The notes below the pieces were generated by a model, which saw only the letters and a program-made list of their open reading frames with translations, ran no database searches and was not told the origin of the DNA. This document shows positions 1 to 11,261 of a stretch of DNA of 33,627 bases, piece after piece. Within the stretch, counting starts at the first letter, position 1, and every line of letters begins with the position of its first letter. The position numbers were made by a program, and so were the translations under genes. This DNA comes from a virus. Lineage: Duplodnaviria; Caudoviricetes. Location of the stretch: positions 1 through 33,627 of IMG/VR virus record IMGVR_UViG_3300037961_001367; one strand, 5' to 3'.

Positions 1-100
1 ACTGATCGTGATGCTAAATCTTCTAAATCAGAAGCAATAGCAGTAATTCTATCTAATTCTGTATTAAGAGTATCAACATCAAAAGCACCTGCTGTTGGGA
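1..100. repeat. Terminal overlap, copy 1 (circular assembly)
   Basis: 1-98 is identical to 33528-33625; base 99 is g versus a at 33626; base 100 matches 33627. Confidence 0.97.
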
Positions 101-407
101 AATCTGTAGTTCTAGCAAATGCTATATCTCTAGTAATGACAACTGTGCTACCACCAGTAGCACCAGTAATACTATTATTTGTTGTTGTATGTATATAGCC
201 TGTAGTACCAGAAGAGTGAGCAAGATTATTCTGTGCATTAGCAGAAGTAGTATAATGTGTTGCTAAAGTTTTTTTAGTACCATCAACATAAAAGTTTAAA
301 TCTGCATCTGCAAAAAACTCAAAAGGTACAGCAAACGCTGTTTGTGTTGCACCTTGCGAAACTGTATATGACACTCTTGGTGTATTATCTGCTGTACTTA
401 TTGTCAT
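1..407 (-). CDS. Tail fibre protein, N-terminal part (T7 gp17-like adaptor domain); continues across the junction into 33527-32303, about 543 aa in total
   Basis: Missing from the ORF track. ATG at 407 gives MTISTADNTPRVSYTVSQGATQTAFAVPFEFFADADLNFYVDG...RTTDFPTAGAFDVDTLNTELDRIT, typical of a gp17 N-terminus. The joined length is 1632 nt = 544 codons, in frame. Confidence 0.9.
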   Translation of the reverse strand, partial: MTISTADNTPRVSYTVSQGATQTAFAVPFEFFADADLNFYVDGTKKTLATHYTTSANAQNNLAHSSGTTGYIHTTTNNSITGATGGSTVVITRDIAFARTTDFPTAGAFDVDTLNTELDRITAIASDLEDLASRS

Positions 408-433
408 GCCTGTATCATACCTTTGTTAAATAA

Positions 434-3400
434 TTAATCAAATGTTTTGTCAAGCGTTCTTCCTAGCTCTTGCATTGAATCTCTCCACCAATAAAACCGT
501 GAAATACCAGTAGCACTTAAAATATCCTTCATGCCTTTTCCTGTATCTCCTGTCGCAAACTCTTGTAATGCAAGAAAATAATCTTGTGCAACAGAGGGTG
601 CAGAGCCTGTAATACCTACTAAAGCTCCAATTTGTGTATCTTGAAACTTAGGATTTATAAAACCAAGACCAATATCAGGCCCACCTAATGCATTAATCGT
701 ATGCATAGAAGTATAATAAATATCTGAATATAATGCCGCCATTCCAGATTGATCAAAAGCTCTCATAAATCTATCTTCATAATCCATTTTGTCCCAAGCC
801 CAAGAAGGAGTTTTCATTTTAACAGCAAAGTAACCCAATCCTATATACATCATTGCTGTTAATGCTCTATTTTTTGCATGACCAGAAACATAAGCAACAG
901 TTATTTTATTGAGCGCGGCAAAAGCGTATGTGTAAAATTGAAAAGGTGCAGAAAGAATACCACTTTCCATACGAGAATATCCTTTAACTCTTGGATCTTC
1001 TGGATAACCCCATTTCTTAGCAATACTGTGTTTTACATAAACTCTACCATCCATCATAATTGGTTTATCAGCAGGAGTAGACATCATAATAGTATTCATT
1101 ATACCGCCTGATAAAGCACCTCCATATCTTTCTTTAGCTATATCATTAGTCCATTCAGATACATCAGCATATCTAGTACCATTTCGTCCCATTTTATGAG
1201 GACTATCTGCAATTAATTTTGCTGTATCTGCATCAATATCATATTTAGCAAGCCATGCTATTTCCATTGGTTTAGCTGTACCATCTTTAACTTTAAGTGA
1301 ATAATCAATTATTGTATGACCCCTTGCCATAGAATCCCACCATTTAAGTATATGTGTAATTGGGCCTAATCCATTACCCATAAAAAATAAATGTTGTGCT
1401 TTATCCCAAAAACTAGGATTCAACATATTTGGTCTATCTGAACCAGACTCAATTCGCATATGGGCTTGACCCATTGCAATCTCAGCCATTTCTCCATTTA
1501 TCTGAGCATCTTTTTTAGACATGTTTCTTGCAAACGAATCGTCCATAAAGTCTAATAAACTATTTCTTATAGTTTTAATTTCATGATTAAGAAATAAAGC
1601 ACCTACTTCTGTGATTGCCGCAAGACCTGCTTGACCTAAATAACTAAATCGTGCCGCTATTTTAAGTGCATTAAATGTAACAAATGACATTTTGTCTGGA
1701 CTATCTATTACTCTACCTACAACCCTTTCATACATAACTGCCATATTCATTACAGCTTCATTTATTTCATCTTGAGTATTGCCATTAATAACCATACGAT
1801 CTGTAATTTCATTTATAAAATCTTCTTGGCTTGTATACCCAAACTTACGTTTCATTTCATACATAGGCATAGTTCTATGAGCATATGCTGTAGCTACCGC
1901 TTGTATATCTGTAACAATAAAATCTTTAACTAATTCATTTGGTATATCTATTTTTCTATGGCGCATATGTTTAGAAACATTAGCACCAAAAAAACCTTCT
2001 TCAAAATCCATAACATCTTTCATGTCCATAATTTCTTTATACACATCTTGCGCTCGTTGTTTGGATTCATCAACTGTAAGTAACTTTTCTGTTACATCTC
2101 TATTCTTACCTTTAAAATAAACATATTTTTTACCTATATAATACTGCTCTAGTATTTTAATAAATCTATCTTTGTTTCTTTTAATAGCTTCTCTATCCCA
2201 GTATCTTGGAAAAAAGTTTTCTAATGCACCTTTTGTTTCTCTTACTACTTTTATTTCATTATCTAAATTTTTAACTCTTCTATTTAAATCAGGTAATCTT
2301 TGGTTAACAAAATATGTTCGTGTATTTTTTTTCAATGGAACGCGAATAAATTTATTTTGTTTTTCATTAAAAACTAAAACACCATTTTCTAACATATCTT
2401 CTATTCTAGCTATATCAGATTTAATTATATCTTGTTTTGCTTGTAGTGGTCTTGAATCCCCTATAAGACCCTCATTAACTAATTTTGCTTCTTGTCGTTG
2501 GAAATGTTTTTTAATTAACTCTACAGCACTTTTTTCTCCTGCTGTTAAATCATCTGTATTATTTATAATATAATGATTTGTCATTCTTTTAGAAAAATCA
2601 GCAAAGGTTTCATCTGCTTTATTGAAACCACCTTTAGCTCCTGTATAATTTCTTACTGTTTTTTTAATTGTAAGTATAGCATCTGATGTTTGGTAATCAG
2701 AAATTTGCAATCTATCTTGTCGCCAAATATCTAACATATCTCTTTTTAGTGCTATAACTTCACCAACATGCTGACCTTTAGCAATAAAAACAGAACCACC
2801 TAAAGCTCTTCCTGCCATTTGAAATGTATAAGCCATGCCATAATCATTAGCTAATTTTAAAGCCATTTCTTTTACAGAATTAGGTATAACTTTACTTGAT
2901 ATAATTGTCTTCATGGGTGTAGGTATAGAATTATAAGCCCACTTTAAAACACCATCAGTAAACATATTTGATACATAATTAATATCAAACTCATATTTTT
3001 CTTTTAATCTTAATCTTTGTTCTATTTCTAATTGTTGTATTTTATCTTGAAACTCAGCAATGCGTGTATTGTTTTTTTGAATTTGATTGCCTAATTTATT
3101 TTCAGCCATTCTTCTAGCATTATTAAAATCTATTGTATGATTACCTGTTAATGGAAGTCTGTTTCCTTGTGGATCAGTTTGTGGCATAAATTTATTACCT
3201 TCAAATAAAGGTCTTAAATGCTCACGATTTTCCATTCTCATAAATTGTTTTTTGCCATTTACATCTATAAAACGAACACCAATATCATTAAATTCTTTAT
3301 CACCTCTCCATGCATTTGCTTCTAAAACTTTGCCTTTCATTTCATAAACTTTTTTTACTAAAGGTAATGCACGTGTTTCAATAAGGTTTTCTAAATCTTT

Positions 3401-4723
3401 TTGTAAAACAATATCAAAATTATCTTTATTAGGAAGTTTTCTAGCATTTATATAATCTCTTACAATTTGAGATTTTTCTTTTGCATTTAAACTATTTACT
3501 TCTTTTTTTAAACGATCTCTTAATTTATTTTTTAAACCTGCTATTTCTTGTAGTAATTCTACTTCTTTTTTTGATTTTCCTATTGCTAAAGTTCTTAGTA
3601 AATCATCAGTACTATTAGCAACAATAGTTTCATCTTTTAAATTATTAGGTGCTTGTCTTTTATTTTTTCTTTCCCAATTATTTATTATAGCTCTTTTTGC
3701 CGCTAAGAACCCTGTATCTCCAGCCGCTTTTAAACTAACCGCATCTGCTAATGCTAATTTTTTTATAGCTTTAAAATAACTTTCAAAATTTCCATATTGT
3801 ACTGGTAAACTTAATTCTCCACTTTTAAAACCATCAGGTTGTTTTTCTATTGTTTTAAAAAACTTTATTGCTTGTGATAATCTATCATTTAATTTTGTAG
3901 CACCTTTTATTTGTGCATCAAATTCTTCAATATCTATTTTTAATTGCTCACTTGTTTTTTGTTTTAAACCTAATTTATCTGGGTCTGTAATTCGTGTTTG
4001 TTTATGCATTTCAATTTGTTGAAAATCAGGATCATCATAAATTTTATTAGCTTCAATAACTTCTTTTTTTGCTTTTGTTTCTATTTGGTTACGCAATTTA
4101 GGCATTGCACCAAAAATTGCACCCATTGCACCACCAAACAAAATACCTGAACCAATAGAATAATAGGCCTCTTCAAAAGAAGCATCAGGATCAAATGGTA
4201 TTCTTAGGGCTTCTTGTCCTGCAACTAATACACCAACTCCTGCTCCTACTCTTGTTGCTGATCTTGCTACCCCAAGAGCAGGGCCACCAAAAGGCAACGC
4301 AATAAAATTAACAGGATCAAAAAATCCTGCAACAAACTGTGAAAATAACGGTGAGTCTGCAAGTATTTCTCTTCTTTGTTGTCCTTGTATAATAGTATTT
4401 TGTAAAAATTTCATATGCTTTTCATTATTAGCACCTGCTAAATATGAATGATATTCTGGCGCAAAACTTTCTATAGCTTTATTAAATGTTTCACTATTTA
4501 AATAATTTTGGTCTACACGTGTATATTCTGGATCACTATGAGCAACAGCCCAGTTTGCTAACGGTGAATATGTATATCCAAATGATGCAGATATTGTTTG
4601 TCCAAATGTAGGATTTTTTCTATAAACACCATTATCATAGTATGTCCTAATATGGTGTGGGTTACTACGCAAAGATGGAACGTAATCTCTATTAAAATCA
4701 AAACGAGGTAAATTTTCACTCAT
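434..4723 (-). CDS. Large internal virion/DNA ejection protein (T7 gp16-like position)
   Basis: 1429 aa, mostly helical, Gly/Ala-rich hydrophobic N-terminal segment, FFPRYWD and PFQFYTY motifs; third of three core genes after tail tubular B. Confidence 0.7.
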   Translation of the reverse strand: MSENLPRFDFNRDYVPSLRSNPHHIRTYYDNGVYRKNPTFGQTISASFGYTYSPLANWAVAHSDPEYTRVDQNYLNSETFNKAIESFAPEYHSYLAGANNEKHMKFLQNTIIQGQQRREILADSPLFSQFVAGFFDPVNFIALPFGGPALGVARSATRVGAGVGVLVAGQEALRIPFDPDASFEEAYYSIGSGILFGGAMGAIFGAMPKLRNQIETKAKKEVIEANKIYDDPDFQQIEMHKQTRITDPDKLGLKQKTSEQLKIDIEEFDAQIKGATKLNDRLSQAIKFFKTIEKQPDGFKSGELSLPVQYGNFESYFKAIKKLALADAVSLKAAGDTGFLAAKRAIINNWERKNKRQAPNNLKDETIVANSTDDLLRTLAIGKSKKEVELLQEIAGLKNKLRDRLKKEVNSLNAKEKSQIVRDYINARKLPNKDNFDIVLQKDLENLIETRALPLVKKVYEMKGKVLEANAWRGDKEFNDIGVRFIDVNGKKQFMRMENREHLRPLFEGNKFMPQTDPQGNRLPLTGNHTIDFNNARRMAENKLGNQIQKNNTRIAEFQDKIQQLEIEQRLRLKEKYEFDINYVSNMFTDGVLKWAYNSIPTPMKTIISSKVIPNSVKEMALKLANDYGMAYTFQMAGRALGGSVFIAKGQHVGEVIALKRDMLDIWRQDRLQISDYQTSDAILTIKKTVRNYTGAKGGFNKADETFADFSKRMTNHYIINNTDDLTAGEKSAVELIKKHFQRQEAKLVNEGLIGDSRPLQAKQDIIKSDIARIEDMLENGVLVFNEKQNKFIRVPLKKNTRTYFVNQRLPDLNRRVKNLDNEIKVVRETKGALENFFPRYWDREAIKRNKDRFIKILEQYYIGKKYVYFKGKNRDVTEKLLTVDESKQRAQDVYKEIMDMKDVMDFEEGFFGANVSKHMRHRKIDIPNELVKDFIVTDIQAVATAYAHRTMPMYEMKRKFGYTSQEDFINEITDRMVINGNTQDEINEAVMNMAVMYERVVGRVIDSPDKMSFVTFNALKIAARFSYLGQAGLAAITEVGALFLNHEIKTIRNSLLDFMDDSFARNMSKKDAQINGEMAEIAMGQAHMRIESGSDRPNMLNPSFWDKAQHLFFMGNGLGPITHILKWWDSMARGHTIIDYSLKVKDGTAKPMEIAWLAKYDIDADTAKLIADSPHKMGRNGTRYADVSEWTNDIAKERYGGALSGGIMNTIMMSTPADKPIMMDGRVYVKHSIAKKWGYPEDPRVKGYSRMESGILSAPFQFYTYAFAALNKITVAYVSGHAKNRALTAMMYIGLGYFAVKMKTPSWAWDKMDYEDRFMRAFDQSGMAALYSDIYYTSMHTINALGGPDIGLGFINPKFQDTQIGALVGITGSAPSVAQDYFLALQEFATGDTGKGMKDILSATGISRFYWWRDSMQELGRTLDKTFD

Positions 4724-7563
4724 TAAAATTGCGCTCCTAAATCTTTATATAAATCCTTATAAAATTGCATTTGTAATTCATTAGCATTTGTAAATGTAGG
4801 TTTACCTAAATCTTTAAAATCCATAACATTATACATTAATGGTTTTTCTACACCATCTTCAGTATAAGGAATATCTAAATCAATAATTTTGCCGTCTGCA
4901 TATGTTTTTCTAAGAACAACAGAAAAAATCATATCCCCAGGATCTCCTGTATCTACAGGCTTTAACATTAATTTTTGCTCAAAAGTGTCATCTGGTTTGT
5001 CAGAAAATAAATTAAATAACCCAGACACAATACTTTGAGAATCAAAAATAATTAAATCTCTTCTTTGACCTGCAATTTCAAGAACTTTTGATAAACTATT
5101 ATTTAAATCTATTCTATTAATTGATTGCCATAAATCTAATGAATCAAATTGCACTCCTTCAAGACTAGGATCTATTTGTGCTACTTCTGTTTCTATTTCT
5201 GTAAGCAATCGTTTTGTTTTTGCTTTGCCAATTCTATTTGCTAAACCAAAAGATAATAATTGAAATTTACCACGTGACTCTGGCAAAATCATAAGATGTG
5301 TAGCAGGGTCTATTAACAATGATAATTGTTTTACAAGCTGTTCTCTTACATCTGAATATTCATTTGGATAAACACCGTCCTTTTTATGCATTAATAAAAA
5401 CTCAACATAAGATGTAGCATAATTATAAATATAAGGATCAGGCACAGCACTATCACCAAGCATATTATTTAAATCTTCTTCTACTAAATCTCTTAATTCT
5501 TTATTTATTTCATTTCTAGATGGAGGTTTGCCTGTAAAATTCATATCTATTTTTTCAGCTAATATACTTTTGTATCCTTCATTTGTATTTCTTTGTAATA
5601 ATTGATCAAAAGCACTTGCTATTTGATCATTATAATTTGGATCACTTTCACTTAAAAATTCTTGAACAGAACTAAACCAATCTAAACTTGCACGAATTGA
5701 TGCTTTTTTATCTGAAGAATACATATTATTTATTATATGCGCTGTTTCTTCATTGTTAGATAATTTTACCCACCATTTAGATAAAGTATCATAAGCAACA
5801 ACATTATTTTCTCCAAGATTAGAATAATTAATTTTTCCAAAATTATTCCAATTTTCAACTAATGATAAAGGTAAATGACCTGTGCTTGCAATTGTGTTTA
5901 TTATTTGATTAGAAACCTCTGCACCTACACTTGCTGGATTTCTAAAAAATACATTCATATTAACATCTGGATTAATTCCTGCCGTTTGTCTTATAATGTC
6001 ATTCATTACAGTTTGTACATTTGTGTCACTTGAACTTGCTGTTCCATCAACAATACTTTCTAAAGCATTTGCATAACTTGAATTTGTTGAAACAGTTGGT
6101 ATTTGTGAAGCAGTACTATTAAGTTGTGTTGCCGCACTATCTAAAGTACCTTGCCCACCTCTTTTTGATAAAACATCTTTAATTTTAGATAAATTAGATA
6201 TATCAACTTTTGTTATATTTGATGACGTTTTTAATTTTTGTTGCAAAGTACTTAAAGATCTTTGACCTCCTATATACATAGAAGACATCTTCAATTCTTC
6301 TTTATCTAAACCTTTTAAACTTTGTGTCCAATTACTTATTAAAGATGCGTTTACCTGTGAATCAAAAGAAGACTTTAAACTATTGTAAACAGCAGTTGTA
6401 AGATTAGCAAAATTTGAATTTTGTTTTAATAACTTTTCATAAACATTATCAAAATTTAAATCATCAAATAATAAATCTTCTAATGATTTTGAATTTAAAA
6501 CATTTACACCTTCTGTTACTCTATCTATTGCATTTTTAATTATATTATTTGATTCAATAGAAAATTCGTTTGTAATATCAAATAACTCTTCAGTACTTAA
6601 ATTTTTTATATCAGTAGTTATATTTGCAATAGATGCTTTTATTGAATTTATTTCTTGTTGTGTTGGATTTGAATCTAAAATACTTTTAAGTGTATTTTGT
6701 ATTTGCTCAGGTAAATTAGAATCTTTTGAAACAGTACGAGTTGTTAATGCTTGATTTATATCATCTTGTAATTGTGCATTATTTTCATTTGAATAAACAT
6801 TTTTTAATTCTTGAACATTAGATATTAATGCTAACTCTTTAACTGATGTTTTTTGTAATAAATCTCCATTAATTTCAGAATATGAATTAGCTAAATCACC
6901 TATCATAGAATTAATATTAGCTATTATATTTATAGTTTTTTGATTTCTATCTGGATCATTAAAATTTATATTTGCTATTGCACTTTTTGCATCTTCATAT
7001 TCTTGACCAAATGCTTCTAAATTTTTCTTTTTTTGTGTTTCTACGTTTAATTGCAACATTCTAGTAGATATATTGCCAAGATAAGCAACACCAACATCTT
7101 TTACATAGTTAGCATATTCATTATCATCACCTGCATTTTTATGTATTTTTGCAATATAGTCTTGAAACTGTGATTCTATTATTCCTGCACCATTTGGTTT
7201 TTGACTATGCAAAGCAAATAACTCAGAAGACTTAGCTTTTAAGTCATTATCAATACTTTGATAAAATCTTTTTCTTGCTAAGTTTTCATAGGCTTGCGCA
7301 CCAATAGAGCCAAAATGTTTTGGTGCTTTTAAATTTTCAAATGAGTTTGTATCTTCATTATAAAATGTAAGTTGTTCATTTGTAAGTTTCCTTGCTTCTT
7401 CTTCACCTTTTTGTTGAGCTACATTTGCGGCTTCTTTAAAAAATGTAGAAGAAATATTACCCCAAGCATTAGCGATTTGATTAGCAGAAGATGCCATATT
7501 TCCATACTTAACAACTTGTATAGGTTGAGATTGATACCTTGATCTTTCAATTTTAATTGCCAT
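4723..7563 (-). CDS. Internal virion protein (gp15-like position)
   Basis: 946-aa helical ORF, TAATG-coupled to the next gene; assigned by synteny. Confidence 0.6.
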   Translation of the reverse strand: MAIKIERSRYQSQPIQVVKYGNMASSANQIANAWGNISSTFFKEAANVAQQKGEEEARKLTNEQLTFYNEDTNSFENLKAPKHFGSIGAQAYENLARKRFYQSIDNDLKAKSSELFALHSQKPNGAGIIESQFQDYIAKIHKNAGDDNEYANYVKDVGVAYLGNISTRMLQLNVETQKKKNLEAFGQEYEDAKSAIANINFNDPDRNQKTINIIANINSMIGDLANSYSEINGDLLQKTSVKELALISNVQELKNVYSNENNAQLQDDINQALTTRTVSKDSNLPEQIQNTLKSILDSNPTQQEINSIKASIANITTDIKNLSTEELFDITNEFSIESNNIIKNAIDRVTEGVNVLNSKSLEDLLFDDLNFDNVYEKLLKQNSNFANLTTAVYNSLKSSFDSQVNASLISNWTQSLKGLDKEELKMSSMYIGGQRSLSTLQQKLKTSSNITKVDISNLSKIKDVLSKRGGQGTLDSAATQLNSTASQIPTVSTNSSYANALESIVDGTASSSDTNVQTVMNDIIRQTAGINPDVNMNVFFRNPASVGAEVSNQIINTIASTGHLPLSLVENWNNFGKINYSNLGENNVVAYDTLSKWWVKLSNNEETAHIINNMYSSDKKASIRASLDWFSSVQEFLSESDPNYNDQIASAFDQLLQRNTNEGYKSILAEKIDMNFTGKPPSRNEINKELRDLVEEDLNNMLGDSAVPDPYIYNYATSYVEFLLMHKKDGVYPNEYSDVREQLVKQLSLLIDPATHLMILPESRGKFQLLSFGLANRIGKAKTKRLLTEIETEVAQIDPSLEGVQFDSLDLWQSINRIDLNNSLSKVLEIAGQRRDLIIFDSQSIVSGLFNLFSDKPDDTFEQKLMLKPVDTGDPGDMIFSVVLRKTYADGKIIDLDIPYTEDGVEKPLMYNVMDFKDLGKPTFTNANELQMQFYKDLYKDLGAQF

Positions 7564-7566
7564 AAA

Positions 7567-8010
7567 TTAACTCATTGTTTTGTAAAAATTCATTCCTGTA
7601 TTTATCATAGTAGAAAATGCTGTCATTTTTGCGGCTTTTAAAGAATAGTCGCCTTCTTCACGCAATCTTTTTTGTTGCCTAGTTAATTGTAAAGACTGTA
7701 ATTTTCTATCACTTGCTAATCTAGTTATATCACCATATGCAGTAGATTCATTTCTTTTTAAATAAGCATCAACAGAAGCACCTTCTACATTTCTAAAACT
7801 ATCAAAATTAATATTTGATGCTTTTGCTATTGCATATTCTTGTAAACGAAAATTGTGTTGTTGTATTGCTTGTATTTCAGATTGTTTTTTTTGATAACCT
7901 ACTTCAATAGCATCAAGATAAGATGCTTTTTTGCTCTGTTCTCCTGCTTCTACTTCTGCTTGAGCTTTTTTAATACCTCCATACAAACCTATTAATGCTA
8001 ATCCAATCAT
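7567..8010 (-). CDS. Small internal virion protein (gp14-like position)
   Basis: 147 aa with a hydrophobic Gly-rich N-terminus and Q/A-rich helices, directly after tail tubular B. Confidence 0.6.
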   Translation of the reverse strand: MIGLALIGLYGGIKKAQAEVEAGEQSKKASYLDAIEVGYQKKQSEIQAIQQHNFRLQEYAIAKASNINFDSFRNVEGASVDAYLKRNESTAYGDITRLASDRKLQSLQLTRQQKRLREEGDYSLKAAKMTAFSTMINTGMNFYKTMS

Positions 8011-10643
8011 TAAATTATAACCTCCGTAATAATACCGTTAACTTGCAAACTTAAAGGTGCAGGTTGTGTAACTGTAACTTGTGGATCTTTACCATAACCA
8101 AGTAAATTAAAATCTCTCTTCCCAGTAACAGGAGTTTTGGGTTGTGATAAATCATCTGTTACTTGTAAAACACCTAATGATACTCCATTAACACTAACAG
8201 ATAATGTAGTATTTAAATCTAATATTACTTTACTAATTGCTCTTGGCTCACCTGTAACTGGCCCTTTATTACTAATTGTATCAATAGGATTTGTTTTAAT
8301 ATTAACATCAAATTTTCTTCCAATTTCCGCAGATGTTAAATCACCATCTACTGATGATACATTTATATTTCCGCTTGCTACTGTAAATTGACCAACATAA
8401 TTTGTTCTGTCTATAACCTCAAGAACTGCACCATTTGCAAATTCTGATGACACATCAAAAACACCAGAACTACCAGTATATTTTTTTGACATATCTAAAT
8501 TAAATAAACTATCAAATTCCATTAGTACTAATTTTTTTGTTGTATCTCCTTTATCGTATTTGCCTACAACAAAAACTTTTTCATCTATAGTACATATAGA
8601 ATGATAAGCACCATTTGGATGTGTAACAAATTCTGACCAACCTGCTCTTTTCTCTGCTCTATTTGAATTAAATACTGCAATAGTTCCATCTACATTTAGA
8701 ACAAATACATATGACTCAGCCCTATCTATTGCGGCTTGCAATGTAGTCATTTGCACTGGATTTTTAATTAAATGTGATGATATCGTAGATACTGCATTAG
8801 CAACATATGAATCTTCTGCGTCTGAATAAATAAATTCTCTTACTATTGAGCCTTCTTTTTGAACATATATAGTAGCACCATCAAATACAAAAGGTCTTAC
8901 ATTTCCTGCACCAAAAGGTGTTTGTCTTCTAATCATAGCATTTGTTGGTGATACAGGATTTTGGTCAAAAGCAGGAACAATAAACTCAGATGTAGAAGTA
9001 AATACCTGTAAATCTCTATTTGAAACAATATGTTTAATAGTATTAATTTCACCAGTACTTGATTTAATTTGTATTGATTCATTGTCTAATGCAGTACCAA
9101 CATCAAAATTAAAAAATTCTCCTGATTGACTACTCCATAAACCATCTGGTTCTCCTAGTGTGCCACCAAACCATAATCTATTTTCATGAAATGCAACAGC
9201 CGCAGGATAACCACGCACTGATGAATATGATTGTTCTTGCCAAGATGTTGTAGCCGCCGCTGATTTAATTTTTGGCGCACCTCCACCATCAGCAGATGAT
9301 GTGGCAGATGCACCTGCTGTAATTGTGTATTCATTTACACTTACAACAGACGCAATAGTTCTAGCTCCATTTAAATTACCAATAGCAATACCACCTACTG
9401 CACCTGCATTTTCTATTGTAATAGAATCTCCTACAGCTAATCCATGCCCTACATGAGATATAAAAACAGTACTAGAGCCTTCAACTGTTCTAAATGCATC
9501 TGCTTGCAACTGTTCAGATATATTTTCTTGTAATGTGCCTGTTGCTTGTGTTGCTGATTGAATAGATGTAATCAAATATTCTATACCATGAATACGTAAC
9601 CTTGAACCAATATGCGTTGAATCTGGATAATTACCCCCTGATTGACTTCCTGTTGTATCAAAATAAGCCGCAGATGTTGTCATAGTTCTTGTGCCAGAAT
9701 CTGCACTACTTGGTGTAATTGTCATGCCTAATGTTTGAAAGGCATTGTAAGGTTGAAATACTCTTTTATTATCTGATCGTGTATCAAATTCAAATGTGCT
9801 TACTGCAAAAGTAGTTAAACTTGTTCTTGTTAATTTTCTAATCATAAATGTTTGGTGAGCTAAAAACATAACATCACCAGATTGAGCATATGTTACTTCT
9901 TGATTATAAGTATCTGTAAATGGAATTGTTGCGCCATCTACATCTGTTGTTATTGTTTGTATTAACGATACCGCACCTGATGAAGCTGTACCATTTGCCA
10001 AGAAATCAATAATAAATATTCTAATTTTTTGATGTTCTAAAGAAATTAAATATCTTTCATCATCTGAAAATATAAATGGCAATAATCTTATTTGTTGTTT
10101 TGTGCCACCACTAAAATTAGTTACTGCTAATCTTGTTGTATCTGTAGAAGTGACTGTTAAATATGTAGCAGAACGAGGATTATCTCTTACAACTGTAACA
10201 ACATTTGATGCAGGGTTTGATACTGTAAAACCACTTATAGCATTTATAGCAGTAAATAAATTATCTGCCGTTGTATTATTGTCTGTATTAGCTCTTACAT
10301 AATGTGTATTACCTACAGAAGCACTTGGTGAAGAACTACCTGCTGTTTCAAATTGTACAGTAATTAATGTACCGTCATCTTTATAAAATTGTATTTTAGA
10401 ACCTGTAGCTATATTAGCATAATCTGTTACAGTTATAGTAAAAGAAGTATTTTCTACAGAAGTATCAAATTCATAAATATGTCGTAATCCTGCTCGTTTA
10501 ATTACACCACCTTCTGCACGAATAAAAACATTTTCTAATCTTTGTGCTGAGTTTGTGTAAATTTGTGTATCTGTTCTTGAAATTAAAGAAGGACTTATTT
10601 CACCAAATTGAAAATTTGTTACAGGAATACGAACCTTTTGCAT
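8010..10643 (-). CDS. Tail tubular protein B / nozzle (T7 gp12-like)
   Basis: NFQFGEISP, YAQSGDVMFLAH and GYPAAVAFHENRLWFGG motifs; 877 aa, beta-rich. Confidence 0.88.
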   Translation of the reverse strand: MQKVRIPVTNFQFGEISPSLISRTDTQIYTNSAQRLENVFIRAEGGVIKRAGLRHIYEFDTSVENTSFTITVTDYANIATGSKIQFYKDDGTLITVQFETAGSSSPSASVGNTHYVRANTDNNTTADNLFTAINAISGFTVSNPASNVVTVVRDNPRSATYLTVTSTDTTRLAVTNFSGGTKQQIRLLPFIFSDDERYLISLEHQKIRIFIIDFLANGTASSGAVSLIQTITTDVDGATIPFTDTYNQEVTYAQSGDVMFLAHQTFMIRKLTRTSLTTFAVSTFEFDTRSDNKRVFQPYNAFQTLGMTITPSSADSGTRTMTTSAAYFDTTGSQSGGNYPDSTHIGSRLRIHGIEYLITSIQSATQATGTLQENISEQLQADAFRTVEGSSTVFISHVGHGLAVGDSITIENAGAVGGIAIGNLNGARTIASVVSVNEYTITAGASATSSADGGGAPKIKSAAATTSWQEQSYSSVRGYPAAVAFHENRLWFGGTLGEPDGLWSSQSGEFFNFDVGTALDNESIQIKSSTGEINTIKHIVSNRDLQVFTSTSEFIVPAFDQNPVSPTNAMIRRQTPFGAGNVRPFVFDGATIYVQKEGSIVREFIYSDAEDSYVANAVSTISSHLIKNPVQMTTLQAAIDRAESYVFVLNVDGTIAVFNSNRAEKRAGWSEFVTHPNGAYHSICTIDEKVFVVGKYDKGDTTKKLVLMEFDSLFNLDMSKKYTGSSGVFDVSSEFANGAVLEVIDRTNYVGQFTVASGNINVSSVDGDLTSAEIGRKFDVNIKTNPIDTISNKGPVTGEPRAISKVILDLNTTLSVSVNGVSLGVLQVTDDLSQPKTPVTGKRDFNLLGYGKDPQVTVTQPAPLSLQVNGIITEVII

Positions 10644-10645
10644 AA

Positions 10646-11230
10646 CTATCTCCTGTTAGTAACAAACCTTGATGTACTTAATTTCCTAGTTGTTTGCTGT
10701 TGAGCATCTAAACTTCTGGCTTTTGCCATTGTCTGTTGAGCCATAACCATCATTTGTTGCGCCATTGCCGCATCTCTAGCAACAGAAGTAGCAAAAGCAA
10801 CAGCTAAAGAATATTCAACAGCTAGGGTAAAATAACTGGGAAACTTATCTTCTCCTGCTCTAAATGTGTAATCTGCTATTAAAGAATCTGTTGCTGTAGT
10901 ATTTGCATATGCTTTATCACCATATACTTGATACTCAATTAAATGATCATTTACAGTAATAGCATGAAGCATTAATAAATCAGACGGCAATTGATATGCA
11001 CGATCATACCGCCCTGTTGGTGCAGAAGATAATAAATTTAATGTTGCTTGATTTGTTGCAAACCTCCATCTTGTATTTGATAATGCTGTTCTAACAATAT
11101 CTTCATACATATTTGTTGCAACAACTGCTTCTGTTGAACCATCATCAAATGATGTTATTGTATCTGCTCCAATAAGAACAAATGCTCTACTACATATATC
11201 TAACGCTGAATCTGCTACTGTACTTGTCAT
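10646..11230 (-). CDS. Tail tubular protein A / adaptor (T7 gp11-like)
   Basis: DICSRAFVLIGADTITSF, WRFAT and YQLPSD motifs; position after the capsid genes. Confidence 0.88.
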   Translation of the reverse strand: MTSTVADSALDICSRAFVLIGADTITSFDDGSTEAVVATNMYEDIVRTALSNTRWRFATNQATLNLLSSAPTGRYDRAYQLPSDLLMLHAITVNDHLIEYQVYGDKAYANTTATDSLIADYTFRAGEDKFPSYFTLAVEYSLAVAFATSVARDAAMAQQMMVMAQQTMAKARSLDAQQQTTRKLSTSRFVTNRR

Positions 11231-11259
11231 AGTGGTTTAGGGGGATTTCTCCCCCCACT
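11231..11259 (-). promoter_or_regulatory. GAAA-tetraloop hairpin between the capsid and tail genes (attenuator or RBS structure)
   Basis: Minus strand reads AGT-G-GGGGGA-GAAA-TCCCCC-TAAACCACT-ATG; there is no U-tract. Confidence 0.55.
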
Positions 11260-11261
11260 CC

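Noticed and set aside
1222-1245. DIDAD in the 1429-aa protein as a DxDxD virion RNA polymerase motif
   Set aside because: It lacks the NADFDGD-like context and lies in a helical segment (WLAKYDIDADTAKLIA) typical of ejection proteins.
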